A stretch of DNA of 64,000 nucleotides from the human T2T-CHM13v2.0 reference genome, Homo sapiens, in the NCBI RefSeq assembly GCF_009914755.1, contig NC_060947.1; one strand, written 5' to 3'. A program made the position numbers and the translations under genes. The notes beneath the pieces were generated by a model, which was not told the DNA's origin, did not search any database, and saw nothing but the letters and a program-made list of their open reading frames with translations. This document shows positions 1 through 11,915 of this stretch, in pieces. Numbering within the stretch: the first letter of the stretch is position 1; each line of letters starts with the position of its first letter.

Positions 1-32
1 AGAGAAAAATCAACACTCAATATCCTTTAAGC

Positions 33-907
33 TTTTTTTTAATTTTTAATTTTTGTGGGTGATAGGTGTATATATTTATGGGGTACATGAGATATTTTGA
101 TACATGCATGCAATGCATAATAGTCACATCATGGAAAATGGGGTATCCATCCCCTCAAGCATTTTTCCTTTGTGTTACAAACAATCCAATTATATTATTT
201 TAGTTATTTTAAAATGTACAATTAAATTATTATTGATTGTAGTCACCCTGTAGTGCTATCAAATACTAGGCCTTATTCATTCATTCTATTTTTTGTACTC
301 ATTAACCATCCCCACCTCTCCCTCACCTCCCCGCCTCTACCCAGACTCTGGTAACCATCCTTCTACCCTCTATCTCCATGGGTTCAATTATTTTTTGAGT
401 TTTGGTCCCACAGATAAGTGAGAACATGTGATATTTGTCTTTCTGTGCCTGGCTTACTTCACTTAATGTAATGACCACCTGTTCCATCCATGTTGTTGCA
501 AATGACAGAATCTCTTTATTTTTATGGCTGAATAGTACTCCATTCTGTATATGTACCACATTTTCTTTTTCCATTAATCTGTTGATGGACACTTAGGTTG
601 CTTCCAAATCTTGGCCATTATGAATAATGTTGCAACAAACATGGGAGTGAAGATACTCTTCGATATACTGATTTTCTTTCTTTTGGATGTATAACCAGCA
701 GTGGGATTGCTGGGTCATATGGCAGCTCTATTTTTAGATTTTGAGGACCCTCCGTACTGTTCTCCACAGTGGTTGTACTAATTTACATTCCCATCAACAG
801 TGTATGAGGGTTCCCTTTTCTCCACATCTTTGCCAGCATGTGTTATTGCCTGTCTTTTGCAGAAAGCCATTTTAACTGGAGTGAGATGATATCTCATTGT
901 AGTTTTG
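33..907 (-). mobile_element. L1 3' end (L1MA-type), 5'-truncated
   Basis: T-rich tail at ~33-55, then the typical L1MA 3'UTR (GGTGTATATATTTATGGGGTACATGAGATATTTTGATAC...). Minus-strand ORF 323-592 resembles the L1 ORF2 C-terminus (KEILSFATTWME). Confidence 0.9.
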
Positions 908-1301
908 TAGGAAGTGCAGAAAACTCGTTTTAGAGCTTTAACTTTGGTTGGAAAAAAGGAAAGAGAGAAAAAAAAGTTGGGGGAGGAAAGATATCCAATC
1001 CTGTGGCTGAATAGGCGGTGAGGGGTTAAAGGAAGAATTTTTAAAAATCTTCAATTTCTTGAAATTTCAGTAAGTTTAAAAGCTAATGTGAAGAACCCAT
1101 TTCATCTCGTATTTAACCCTTGAATTTTCCTATATATTATTTTGTTTCTTACTCTCCTATTTCCACTTTAGAGCTCATGAGATGTCTCCAATGGACTAGT
1201 ATATGTTTTGAGCTCAATACAAATATAGTTACTAGATGAGGAAAGAACGGACAACTGTGTGTCACAGAAATGCTAGTAATTTCTGGATTTTTGCCTCTCA
1301 G

Positions 1302-1496
1302 GGAGGTAGAGGATGGCTGAAATCCTGGTGTGATGTGACTGGATCATGCATGATCTGAGGACCCTTGCCCTGGTGACTGGTGGACAGGTTCAGATTTTTC
1401 CTATAAACATATTAACATACCAAACTGTCCAGAAGCAGCTATTAAGCAAACACCATACTTTGCTTTCCTCATGCAATCTATCACAGAGCTCTTCAG
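1302..1496 (+). ncRNA. Putative non-coding exon A, copy 1
   Basis: Acceptor ttttgcctctcag|G at 1301/1302 and donor CAG|gtgagt at 1496/1497. No reading frame conserved across copies. Transcription is inferred, not seen. Confidence 0.5.
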
Positions 1497-1676
1497 GTGA
1501 GTTCACAAATATGTTTGTCATTCCAGTGTGGGGGAACTTGATCTGAGTCTGCTAAGAGGCATGATATTGAATGACTCCTGTGACCTTCTGATAATACCTA
1601 AGAATATAGAAAACCTTCTATCTCAAAAACTTTGAACTCAAGGCATATCAGAGAGATATTTGCTTCTTTCTTCTAG

Positions 1677-1924
1677 ATGTTTGTGTTCTTATTAGGAGAA
1701 ACAATGAGAAATGATTTTTCACAATGTCTCCTGAGCCCTGAGGCTCAGCCAGCCCTTACTGCTATGTCTCAACATTTAAAGGCCATTGAAGTCCCACTCC
1801 ATTCCATATACTTTGGACAACGTTTCTCATTTATGCCTGGGGACAGCTCTGTAACAATTGTATAATCAGTTCCATTTCACAGATGACTAAGCTCAGGCTC
1901 ACAGAGTCTAAGTCACCTCCCTAG
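1677..1924 (+). ncRNA. Putative non-coding exon B, copy 1 (MIR-derived donor)
   Basis: Acceptor tttgcttctttcttctag|A and donor TAG|gtaagt. A 180-nt intron separates it from exon A. Confidence 0.5.
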
Positions 1925-2769
1925 GTAAGTGGCAGGATTGGAATGAGGTTCCATCCCTCACCCTCCCTAGAGGATCCTGAGCACCTTTCTTTTAGAAGTT
2001 GGGCTTCCAGGACTTGAGAAATGGTCATATTCCACTCTCTTGCTATTGTGGCCCCAGAGGTGAGGTGCTCACTCTTCAACCTCTCAAGGTGATGAAGATG
2101 ATAGAGGAGATAAAATCCCTATCAGCAACTAGTTTTTAGTTATTCTAAAGTTTTCCTCATTTTGTCTTCATGCCTCCTGGTCCCTGAATGATCTAATTTC
2201 CCTGGGGGCTGCCATTCCAATGGGAGCATTCAAATTTTTCTTAAAAAAAAAAATGATCTGTAAAGTTTTTAAGTCATAATATTTTTGAAATTGAAAATCA
2301 ATTTCGATAGTAATAAAATTAAGAATTATCTTAAAACATTGGAGAAAGTATTTGCAAACTGTACCATATATAGGATTAGTATCCGTAATTTGTAACACAC
2401 ACTAATGACAAAGATATTGGTAATTCATTTCAACAGAAAATTTACATAAAATAAACATGAACAATAATCTTGTTAAATATGCCAAAACCAAAAGTACTAA
2501 TAAAATGCAAATACTTAAAAATCCTGAGAATTTATATAAAGTGGAAAAAAATTGCAACAGAAGATGAGGACTGTGATTGTACTTTTGGAGAAGACTATGT
2601 GAATCGGGTGAATGTATTCATGTGCACCTCACCTACAGGGACACATCTGAAGAGTATGCAACATCCTTAGGACAACAGATCCCTTGGGTCAGAGGTTGGA
2701 GTAGGGCTAGTGAGAGATTCAGGTGAATTACAATTTGTAAATGTGCCGTTGATTGCGATTCCTGTTGTC

Positions 2770-3060
2770 AGAAGGCGACTCTGACTGCTGTGTGGGGAAT
2801 GGACTGGAAAGGGACAAGATAGGGAGTGGGGATAACCATTAGGAAAATATTGCAGAAGTCCAGGGAAGAGGCACAGGTGGATGGGACCAGGGCTGCAGCT
2901 GTGTGCAGGTAGGGAGGAGTGAACCTGGACAGGGCGTGTTTGGAGGTACAGCAGGCAGAACTTGAAGTGGCTGTGCGTGTAGGGTGCATGGGGATAAGGC
3001 ACAGTCAAGGATGACCCCTCAGTTTTTTGTATAGCCATGTGGAGAAATGACACCGTTTTC
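2770..3060 (-). mobile_element. L2 fragment
   Basis: Purine-rich L2-like motifs (GGACCAGGGCTGCAGCTGTG..., GTCAAGGATGACCCC). Confidence 0.55.
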
Positions 3061-3249
3061 TGAGAGCAGTCCTTCCATTTGCTCTTGAGATATTCTCAAG
3101 GTAATTAGGTCATCCAAACGTGGTTGTAGTGAAAAGAAGTTATTTTAAAATGCATCAGTTGATGATTAAGATTCTGTTGTATTAAACTTTATTGAAGACA
3201 CGTGCAAACTGTCAAACTTTTAGAACTTGAAAAATCTCAACATGCAAAC

Positions 3250-3430
3250 TCACATTTAATGAGCAGTTTACTATGTGCCAACCACTGTTCTAAGGGCTTT
3301 TGTGCCTCAACTCAAGTAATTCTCAAAACAACAACCCATGAGGTGGGGATAATTGTTTTCCCCATTGTACCTTAAAGACAACTGAAGTATAGAGTAATTC
3401 TGTTACTCTCACAAGGTCACAGAGAGCCAG
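3250..3430 (-). mobile_element. MIR SINE
   Basis: TTTACTATGTGCCA..ACAACCCATGAGGT..CCCCATTGTAC..CAAGGTCACA follows the antisense MIR core. Confidence 0.65.
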
Positions 3431-5904
3431 TTATGCTGATATCTCCGCAGTAGAATTTTTAAAATTATGGGATTCCTGACCAAAATGGCAAGGCAATATT
3501 TGTTTAAAAATATTTTGTCTTCTTAGGTCAGTACTCTATTATCCTTGTTTTACAGATGAAGCATTTGAGCTACTGCAAGCTGAAGCAAATGTATTCAAAG
3601 TCCCACAAATTTAAGAAGCAGGGTTGGGCCCTAGTCTGTCTCCACAGCCAACACTCCTAACCAGTATACTTAGAAAAGAGGAAAAGACATTTGCCAAACC
3701 ATGTCAGCCAATGGTGGTTGATGGTAGACAGGACCATATGTCTTTGAGTGATAACTATCCTTCAGTAGCCTTTCTTCCATGTACCAGATGATATTTATTT
3801 AAGAAAAACAAACAAGATAATGTAAAAACAAAAGTATAATTATTTTTAAAAAGGTAATAATCATCACAGTTAAGTTTTCCTTAGACAACCTGGCTGTTGA
3901 AATAATTCCTTGGACTTCTACAGTTAATTCTATTCCCTTTCAGGAACTCCGAGTGCTTTTACACATGGAAATCACATTTATTCTGGTTTCTATCCTTCAA
4001 CTGGTTGAAAGGCAGGGCTGGTCTGATTTCCTTTGATGGGTGAGGCCATTTCTCCTAGGGATGCACCAAAGAGTGGCATTTCTGAGTCATATGACATGTG
4101 TATCTTCAGCTCAGTGGATACTGTCAAACAGTTGTTCAAAGTGGTTGTTCCAATCTATATTCCCACTAGCAATGTTGAGACTTCTACTGCTCCACATCCT
4201 CACCAACACTTGGTATTTTCTATCTTTTTCATTTTTCTCTTTCTGGTAGACATGTGATAGTATCTCCTTGTGATTTTAATTTTACTTTCTCTTTAACTCT
4301 CCTTGAAGTGTTGTCTCTTAAAAGCTATCTGTTGTTTAAAAAAAAAAACCTTTCTATTTATTTGCTTAGAAAACTGGATCTTTCATCCTTTGGAGGGTGC
4401 ATTATGGATTTTGCTGATTGGATTCTTATTGTGTTGTTTATTAATTTCCTCTAGCCTCTCTTATTTCTTTTAAATTGGTAATTAGATTTAGAAGTTTGAT
4501 CAAATTCAGCTTATTCAGCAAGAGTACCTCAGAAGTGGTGTCCTTTATTACTAAAGTGTCAAATTAGTAGGTTCATTGGGTCTGGTTGTCTCTCCTCCTG
4601 TAAGCTTGAAATTGATCACTGTATTTCAGTGTTGTCACCCTGATCCATCCATTATAAAATTTCCAGTAGCATTTCATCATAAGATGTTTGAACCTCTGAA
4701 GTAGACACCCAAAACCTATTTAATAAACTAATTAGATGTAGACATAGGAGTATGCAAGGAAACAAAACTATGTATATGACCTGTCCATCTTTTTGTAAAC
4801 ATGAATTTTTCAAAGAGAGTTGTGGTCATGCTGTACTTATTGTTTCATTATCTACTTTGAGGAAAATTTTGTTTCTGTTTATACAAATTATGCCTTTTCA
4901 TTGGAAGAAATACAGAATGCTCTCACCTGGTGCCCAGAGTCAGAATTGCAGAAATTAAAGTCAACCAAGAGCTTGGAAAGGGGTAGGAGATTTGAGTGGA
5001 GTAAGGGAGGCACATGTATTCTATTGTATAGAATTGTAGAGAACAAAGCTTTCTGGAATTTTCTATATGCATGTTTCCAGAGCAATGAATATGTGGGCAT
5101 CATAAATATAATCAGGTCACAATTACAGTGTTTTTTGTTTTTAACATTTTGAACAATGAAATTTCCACATTTAAAACACTAGGGAATTGCAAATTTATAA
5201 AACAAATATCCTCTATCTCCCTCCAAGGCAAATATACTGATTTATTAAATAAATCTTTTTAATATACTATTTTTATACCACAGCATATGAATGTGATTCT
5301 TAGTCAATAAATGTATTTCTACACTATCATTTTGTGACTAGGGTCACAGATTTTCCTGATTTACAAAACATTATCTTAATGACTTTGTCACATTATTAAC
5401 TTTTTTTATTGTTTAAGCCATATGAAACATAATTGAAATGTATATTAGAAATTAAAAATATTCTGTCTAAATCTTCTCCATCTCCATAATACAAAGATGG
5501 CCTGTATTAATTTATTCGTATCTATTCTCCAGATCTTTTTTCTCTCCATGTAGTACACTAACTTATTTTTAGCCACACACACATACATATAAACCCATGT
5601 AGAGAGAGATAGATATATATATTTTTTCACAATGGAACCATATACTACATTATAATTTATGACTTTGTTGATTGTCCAAATCTGATTCTTTTTCATTTTG
5701 TGTGTGTGTGTCTACAAGTGTTTTGGGGAGATTAATATTGGTTTTTATTGCATTGTCTCTTGATATAATTGACCTATCTCTGTTGTTTAAGAGTACTTCA
5801 TACACAGAGGATAAAAACCTAGATTAAATATGCATACAGCATTTATATATTAACATATAAAAGCTACCTTATCTAACATTTGTAGTGTAACTTGCGTGTT
5901 TAAC

Positions 5905-6352
5905 TGTAGTGGGTAGAATTATGTCCCCCTCAAAACATGTCCCAAACCTAACCCACCCAAACTTTATTTGGAAATAGGGTCTATGTAGATATAATTAAGT
6001 GAAAGATCTCCAGAAGTAAATATCCTGAATGTAGGTTGATGCCTAACTCCAATGACTGGTGTCTATATAAAAGAAAGCAGAGGGAGATTTGACACATGCA
6101 AGGAAGAAGGCCATGTGAAGATTGAAGTAGAGATTGGAGTTATGCTGCCTCAAGCCAAATAAAGGAGGAGCTGGAAGAGCTAAGAAAGGATTCTCCCCTA
6201 AAGCTTTTGGAGGCAGTGTGGTCCTGCCTACACCTTGGTTTTGTACTTTGGGCTTTGGTTTTATACTTCTGAACCATGAGATAATGAAATTCTGTTGTTT
6301 AAATGTGCAAAGTTCGTGATAATTTGTTATGGTGGCCCTAGGAAACTATTCA
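5905..6352 (+). mobile_element. MLT1 (MaLR) solo LTR
   Basis: Starts TGTAGTGGGTAGAATTATGTCCCCC; contains TTATTTGGAAATAGGGTCT and GGCCATGTGAAGA; ends GCCCTAGGAAACTATTCA. Confidence 0.8.
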
Positions 6353-6369
6353 TTGGCTGATATCCTACT

Positions 6370-9300
6370 TTTCATGTCTACAGTGATACTAATGCCAGTA
6401 AGATATGTAAAAAGAATTTAAAATGACTAACATTTCTTATGAACTGTATGCTTTTAATGTATTGAGTCAGTCAGTGCTCACAGCTGTTTTACAAGGTAGA
6501 TACTGTGACTAATCCTTATTTTATAGATGAAAAACTGAATGACAGAGAGAATAAAGACTTTGCTTGATACTGCATAGTTAGGGAGTGGGACAGCTTGGAT
6601 TTGTGTCCAGTACCTCATGCTCCAGAGCCTGTCACAGATTTGTGTTAAATTTAAAGAAACGACTGGACAAGCATGCATATTTTATGAGTTCATTGAAAGC
6701 AATACTCAGTATGGTTATATATGTAAACAAAAAACTGAACCTAGTGACCAAAAAGGGGATTGTAACCTTGGCGAGATCATGTTCATTGCAATCCTGGGGA
6801 CAGAAGCCACAGCGCAGTGGGATAAAGAGTAAATGGGAAATAATGTTAATAGAGAATGTAGAAAATTAGAAAATTTTTTGAAGGAGAAGGAAAAGACAGA
6901 GTCAAAGAGGGAGAGAGGGAGGGGAGGGGGAGGGGAAAGGAAAGGGAGAGGAGGGGAGAGAGAAGAGGGGAGAGGAGAAAAGAAAGATATCCTGTGGCTG
7001 AATTGAATTGATGATGTATTAGGCCATTCTTGCATTGCTATAAAGAAATGCCTAAGACTGGGTAATTTATAAAGAATAGATGTTTAATTGGCTCATGGTT
7101 CTGCAGGCTTACAAACATGGCACCAACATCTGTTTAGCTTCTGAGAAGGCCTCAGGGAGCTTTTACTCATGATGGAACGTGAAGCTGAAGTATGTATGTC
7201 ACATGGTGAAAGCAGGAGAGAGAAAGTGGCGGTGGGAGCGGTGGGGGGGCGGGGGGGTGCCACACACTTAACCAGATCTCAGGAGACTCACTATCATGAG
7301 GACAGTACCAAGCCTTGAGAGATCTGCCCCCATGACCCAAACACCTCACACCAGGCCCAACCTCCAACACTGGGGATTATAATTCAACATGAAATTTGGC
7401 AGGGACATATATTCGAACTGTATCAGGTGATGAGGAACAAAAAAGGATTTTTAAAACAAAAAAGAATTTTCAATTCTTTGGAGTTTGAGAAAGTTTAAAG
7501 TTAATTTGAAGAAACCATCTCCTCTCAAATGTGAACCATGAAGTTACCCATATATTCATTTGAATTCTTACCCTCTTTCCACTTTAGTTAATGAGACACC
7601 TCCAGTAGACTAGTATGCTTTTAAAGCTCAATACACTTTCAGTTATTACCTAATGAAAGAATAGAAAATTGTCTGTTATAGAAATTCTTGTAATTCCTAG
7701 ATTTTTGCCTCTCAAGGAGGCAGCGGATAGCTGAAATCCTCTTGTAATGTAGCTGGATAATGTGTGATCTGGGAACCTTGCACTGTTTACTGCAGAACCG
7801 GTCTACAGGATTCCTATAAACATATTAAAATACTGAGCAGTGCTGGAGCACTCATTAGATAATTGCCACTCCTTGTGTCCCTGATGTGATCTGTCGTGGA
7901 GCTCACCAGGTGAGTTCACAAACGCTCCTGTCCTACCACTATGGGGAAGTGGATTTGGGTCTGCTCAGAGGCATGATGTTGAATAGCTCTTAGGAACTTT
8001 CAAGCACCTAAGAATGCAGAGACCTTTGGTCTCTAAAACTTTGAACTTAAGGCATTTCAGAGAGAGATTGCTTCTTTCTTCACGATGTTTGTGTTGTCAT
8101 TAGGCGAAACAATGAGAAGTGATTTTTTCATGATGACTACCTTAGCCTTGAGGCTCAGCCAGCCCCTCATGCTGTGTACCAATACTTAAAGGCCACTCCC
8201 TGCTGTATATTCTCAACAGATTTTCTCATTTACCCCTCAGGACTGCTCTGTAAGGTTGGTATAGTCAATCCCATTTCACAGCTAACCAAGCTCAGGCTCA
8301 CAGAGCCTAAATCACTTTTCCAAGTAAGTGGCAGGATTGGAATGAGGTTCCATCCCTCACCTTCCCTAGAGGACCCTGAGCACCCCCTTTTAGAAGATGG
8401 CTTTCCAGGGTTTGAGAAATGGTCAGATTCCACTCCCCTGCTATTGTAGTCCCATGGGTTCCCACTCAACAACTCCTCTGAAGATGACAGGGGAAGTGAA
8501 ATCCTGTGCTTTGTGCCATGAGATCTGGTTGTAGGGCCACATGAGAGGGCTGATCCTTAAAGTGGCAAGTGGGCTCAGGCAGAAGCTCAGGTGTTGGCCT
8601 TGGGACAGGTGAGCTGCAGAGAAGGAAAGAAACATGCACTGAATTACTGTAAGCAAATGCACTTTACACCTCATCTCCTTTAATCTTAACTGCTACCCAA
8701 GGTCATTATCACCATTATTCAAATTAGGCTGCTGCCTTTAGAGGAGTTTACGTAAATCAGGGAGACAACTTTGTTGTTTCCTGATAAGCACAAACTCTGT
8801 AATACTCTAGACTTTTATCATTTCTCTTCATTCCTCCAGGGCCCTGAATGCTCTAATCTCCCTCCAGGCTGGCAGTACCTGCTCCCCAGGTGTTTTTCAA
8901 TGTTTTTTCTTTGAAATTTAAGATCTGTGTAATTTTAAAGTCAAATTTTGAAGTTTAATTGGGTTAGTATCCATGATTTGTGAAACATAGTAACAAAATG
9001 GCAACTATTTCAACAGAGAATTTAAATGAAATGTACATGAACAATAAACATACTAAAATACGCCAACCCCACAAGAACTAATAAAATGCAAATATTTTAA
9101 AATCTTGAGAATTTATAATGACAAGATGCAAAAGATAAGTACCATGATTGCACTTTTGGAGAAGACAATGTGTGTGTGTAGGTGAACGTGTTGATGTGTA
9201 CCTCACCTTCAGGGACATGTCTGGAGAGTATGCACCATCCTAGGAACAGCAGACCCCTTGGGGTTAAGGAGTGGGAGTTGACCAGTGAGAGCTCAGGTTA

Positions 9301-10260
9301 ATTTTGATTTATCAATATGCTCTTGTGTACTGTTCAAAAACTGGTATTTGGGAATAAAAGTATTCTGATGAAAATTTGAACACACAAAATACTTTGGAAC
9401 AAATTGTCAAAGTTAAGGTGTACATAATGTCCATTAATTTGAAAAAGCATTCCTTATATTCTATTTTATTGTGAAAGAAGTAAATAACAAGTCCAATTGA
9501 CAGAGGTTTTGTGTGTGTGTGTGGGTGTTTGTGTGGGTGTGTCCTCTAGCTCTACCACCCCAAATACAAAATCATGGATGCAACTTTAGTTCCAGCGGGG
9601 ATTGGAACCAATATCAGTTTCATATATTCTGGAACATGATGGATACATGGAAATTGCTACCATTAGGTGAATAATTCCAGAAAACTGTGGCTGATACATT
9701 GGAGCTAACCTCCAACCTCCATGCCTCCCTCTTCCTGAGTCCCTGGTTTGAGATTATCAGAGCTGCGTTTCTGTCTCTGGCCACTAGGAGGCATCAGAGC
9801 TATCTCTGTTTTTGTACATTTTGCAGAGTAACATGTTTCAAAATGACTTGTTTACTTTGATTCCAGTTCTGTTTGGAAAATTCACATGTATATTAAAGCA
9901 GGTCCATTTGCTGTTGACCCCTAAATCTACATCGCATTCACTGATTTATCATCTCTTCCCTTCTCAGTGTAGGTTGAAGTGTCCACACTGTCGGAGGGGG
10001 CGGGGGCGGGGGCGGGGGAGGAGGGGTCCCTCCAGAGAGCAAGGCATTCACTCTCCATAACTCTATCCCTGTACAGGCTTCTCAGACCTTCTCACACTCT
10101 CTTTCAGTCTTCCCCTCTCCAGGACACTATAGACACAGTTCCCCAGATGCTGCTCCAGTGCCTCCGACCTCTCTCCGTCACCTTTCTACAGCCCCGTCAC
10201 TGCTACCTGGTGTTTCATTTTGTGGATGCCCTGGAGCATATGTTTTTACATTTACACCGA
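6370..10260 (+). repeat. Ancient tandem repeat unit, copy 2 (interrupted by an MST LTR)
   Basis: Collinear with the other copies. Exon A at 7717-7909 (ctcaag|...CAG|gtgagt), exon B homolog ~8085-8323, exon C acceptor at 9965-9972. Confidence 0.9.
7015..7425 (-). mobile_element. MST (MaLR) solo LTR
   Basis: TGTATTAGGCCATTCTTGCATTGCTATAAAGAAATGCCTAAGACTGGGTAATTTATAAAG...TTCAACATGAAATTTGG...TATCA. Near-TSD GATGA/GGTGA. Confidence 0.9.
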
Positions 10261-10279
10261 TCAGTTTTTTTCTTACCAG

Positions 10280-10860
10280 CATGGGGAACTGGTTTTGTGT
10301 CTTCTCGGAGGCATGATGTTGAACAGTTTTCGTGAGATTATGAAACACACAAGAATGTAGAGAACTCCATCTCTAAAACTCTGAAATCAAGGTGTATCAG
10401 GGAGATTTGCCTTCTTTATATGGATGTCTGTGTTTTCATTAGGAGAAACAATGAGTAATGATTTTTCACGATGCCTGCCTTGGCCTTGAGGTTCAGCTAA
10501 CCCCTACTGCTATGTCTCAATATTTAAAGGGCCATTGAAGCCTCCCATTCCATGCCATATACCCTGGACAGGTTTTCCCATTTATGCCTGGGAATAACTC
10601 CGTGAGGATGGTATAGTCAGTCCCATTTCACAGATGACCAAGCTCAGGCTCACAGAACCTAAGTCGCCTCTTGAGGTAAGTGGCAGGATTGGAATGAGGT
10701 TCTATCCCTCACCCTCCCTAGAGGACCCTGAGAGCACCTCCCTTTTAGAAGATGCACTTCCAAGGCTTAAGAAATGGTCAGATTCCACCATTCAGATCAT
10801 GGCGATGTCTTTAGGGGAGTTTGTGTAAATTAGGGAGACAACTTTGTTATTGTTTGTTCT
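10280..10860 (+). repeat. Partial repeat unit copy 2b (A-B intron plus exon B block)
   Basis: GGCATGATGTTGAAC, TCTCTAAAACTCTGAAATCAAGG and GAGGTAAGTGGCAGGATTGGAATGAGG match 1520-2035 and 7940-8435. Confidence 0.9.
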
Positions 10861-11709
10861 GTATTGATGAGTATTTAGAATGCTTCTCATTTTTTCCTTT
10901 TTAAAAAGATTTCAGCAATACTGTAGCAAATAACCTCTTACCTGGCTATTTTGTACATGTGAAAAATGTTTCATCCATTACATGCTTACACATCTATCCC
11001 TTGGGGCTTGATTTCAATAATTTAAACTCCCTTATATGTGTCTGAGCATTCTCATTCCTTTAACCATCTTTATACCTGTTGTAGTTACAATATTTAAATG
11101 CATTTATAACTGAGAAGTGTGTTTCCATTTCCTTGATGTATTTGGTCCCTCATCCTGCCCCCATACACAGACACACACAGAGCCACTTTTACCTTTTTCT
11201 TTTGCAAATTAAAAAAAAATTCTTATTCAGTTTTTTCTACATTGAAATTTTGTCAAACGATAGGTGATAAAAGTATATTTAGATAGTTGCATTTGCATTC
11301 CTTATATATTAGTGAGCTAGAATGCATTTTCTTATGATTATTGGCCATTTGCATTTCATCATCCATGAACCATTTATATATTTTGTCAGTTTTGCTGTTT
11401 TGTTATAGGATCTGTACGTGTGTTAAATCTAAAACCCTTCATTGATCTATGCATGCGTTATTTCAACACATCTTTCTTGGCTGAATATTATTTATGAGAC
11501 ACTCTAGAAAAATCCATATCCTAGATGTTTCTTCTGAGATCTTGGCTCTTATATTTATGGGAGATGTCCCCCTGCAGCAAAAAATGTGTTAGTGCCCATG
11601 CAAACATGCGTGGCTTGTCAAGGATCACATGCACAGACAGTTCACACTTACTCCTAAACCCGGCATGGCCACAGAGTAGAAAGGATGTGTGGGGCATTAT
11701 ATAAGGAGA

Positions 11710-11915
11710 GCACTGGCTCAGGATTGTGATTTCTGTGATCTCTATACTAACGGCAAGATTTTTAAAAATTACGTAACATTTCTGAGTTTGCCTTTTCTCA
11801 TTTGTAAAATGAAAACAATCATAGCTACCAAAGACAATTGTTCTGAGAAGTAAAAGAACAAATTATTTTAAGCGTCATACACAGCGTAGGGTACATACGG
11901 TACTCAACACATCTT
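11710..11915 (+). mobile_element. MIR SINE
   Basis: TTTCTCATTTGTAAAATG core followed by a GGTACTCAACAC 3' end. Confidence 0.6.

Larger units (their letters stand above)
908..2760 (+). repeat. Ancient tandem repeat unit, copy 1
   Basis: Shares collinear blocks with copies at ~6.4, 16.1, 23.6 and 37.5 kb, e.g. TTTCCACTTTAGAGCTCATGAG, GATTTTTGCCTCTC..GGCTGAAATCCTGGTGTGATGTG, AAAACTTTGAACTCAAGGCATATCAG, GTAAGTGGCAGGATTGGAATGAGGTTCCATCCCTCACC. Confidence 0.9.

Noticed and set aside
323-592. 89-aa ORF
   Set aside because: Decayed L1 ORF2 C-terminus/3'UTR.
1497-1676. Repeated short intron with ATGAT...CTGA motifs, considered as a tandem C/D-box snoRNA cluster
   Set aside because: The box C-like motif is ATGATGT or ATGATAT rather than RTGATGA, the CTGA is absent in several copies, and no terminal stem is conserved. 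A snoscan/Infernal run would settle it.
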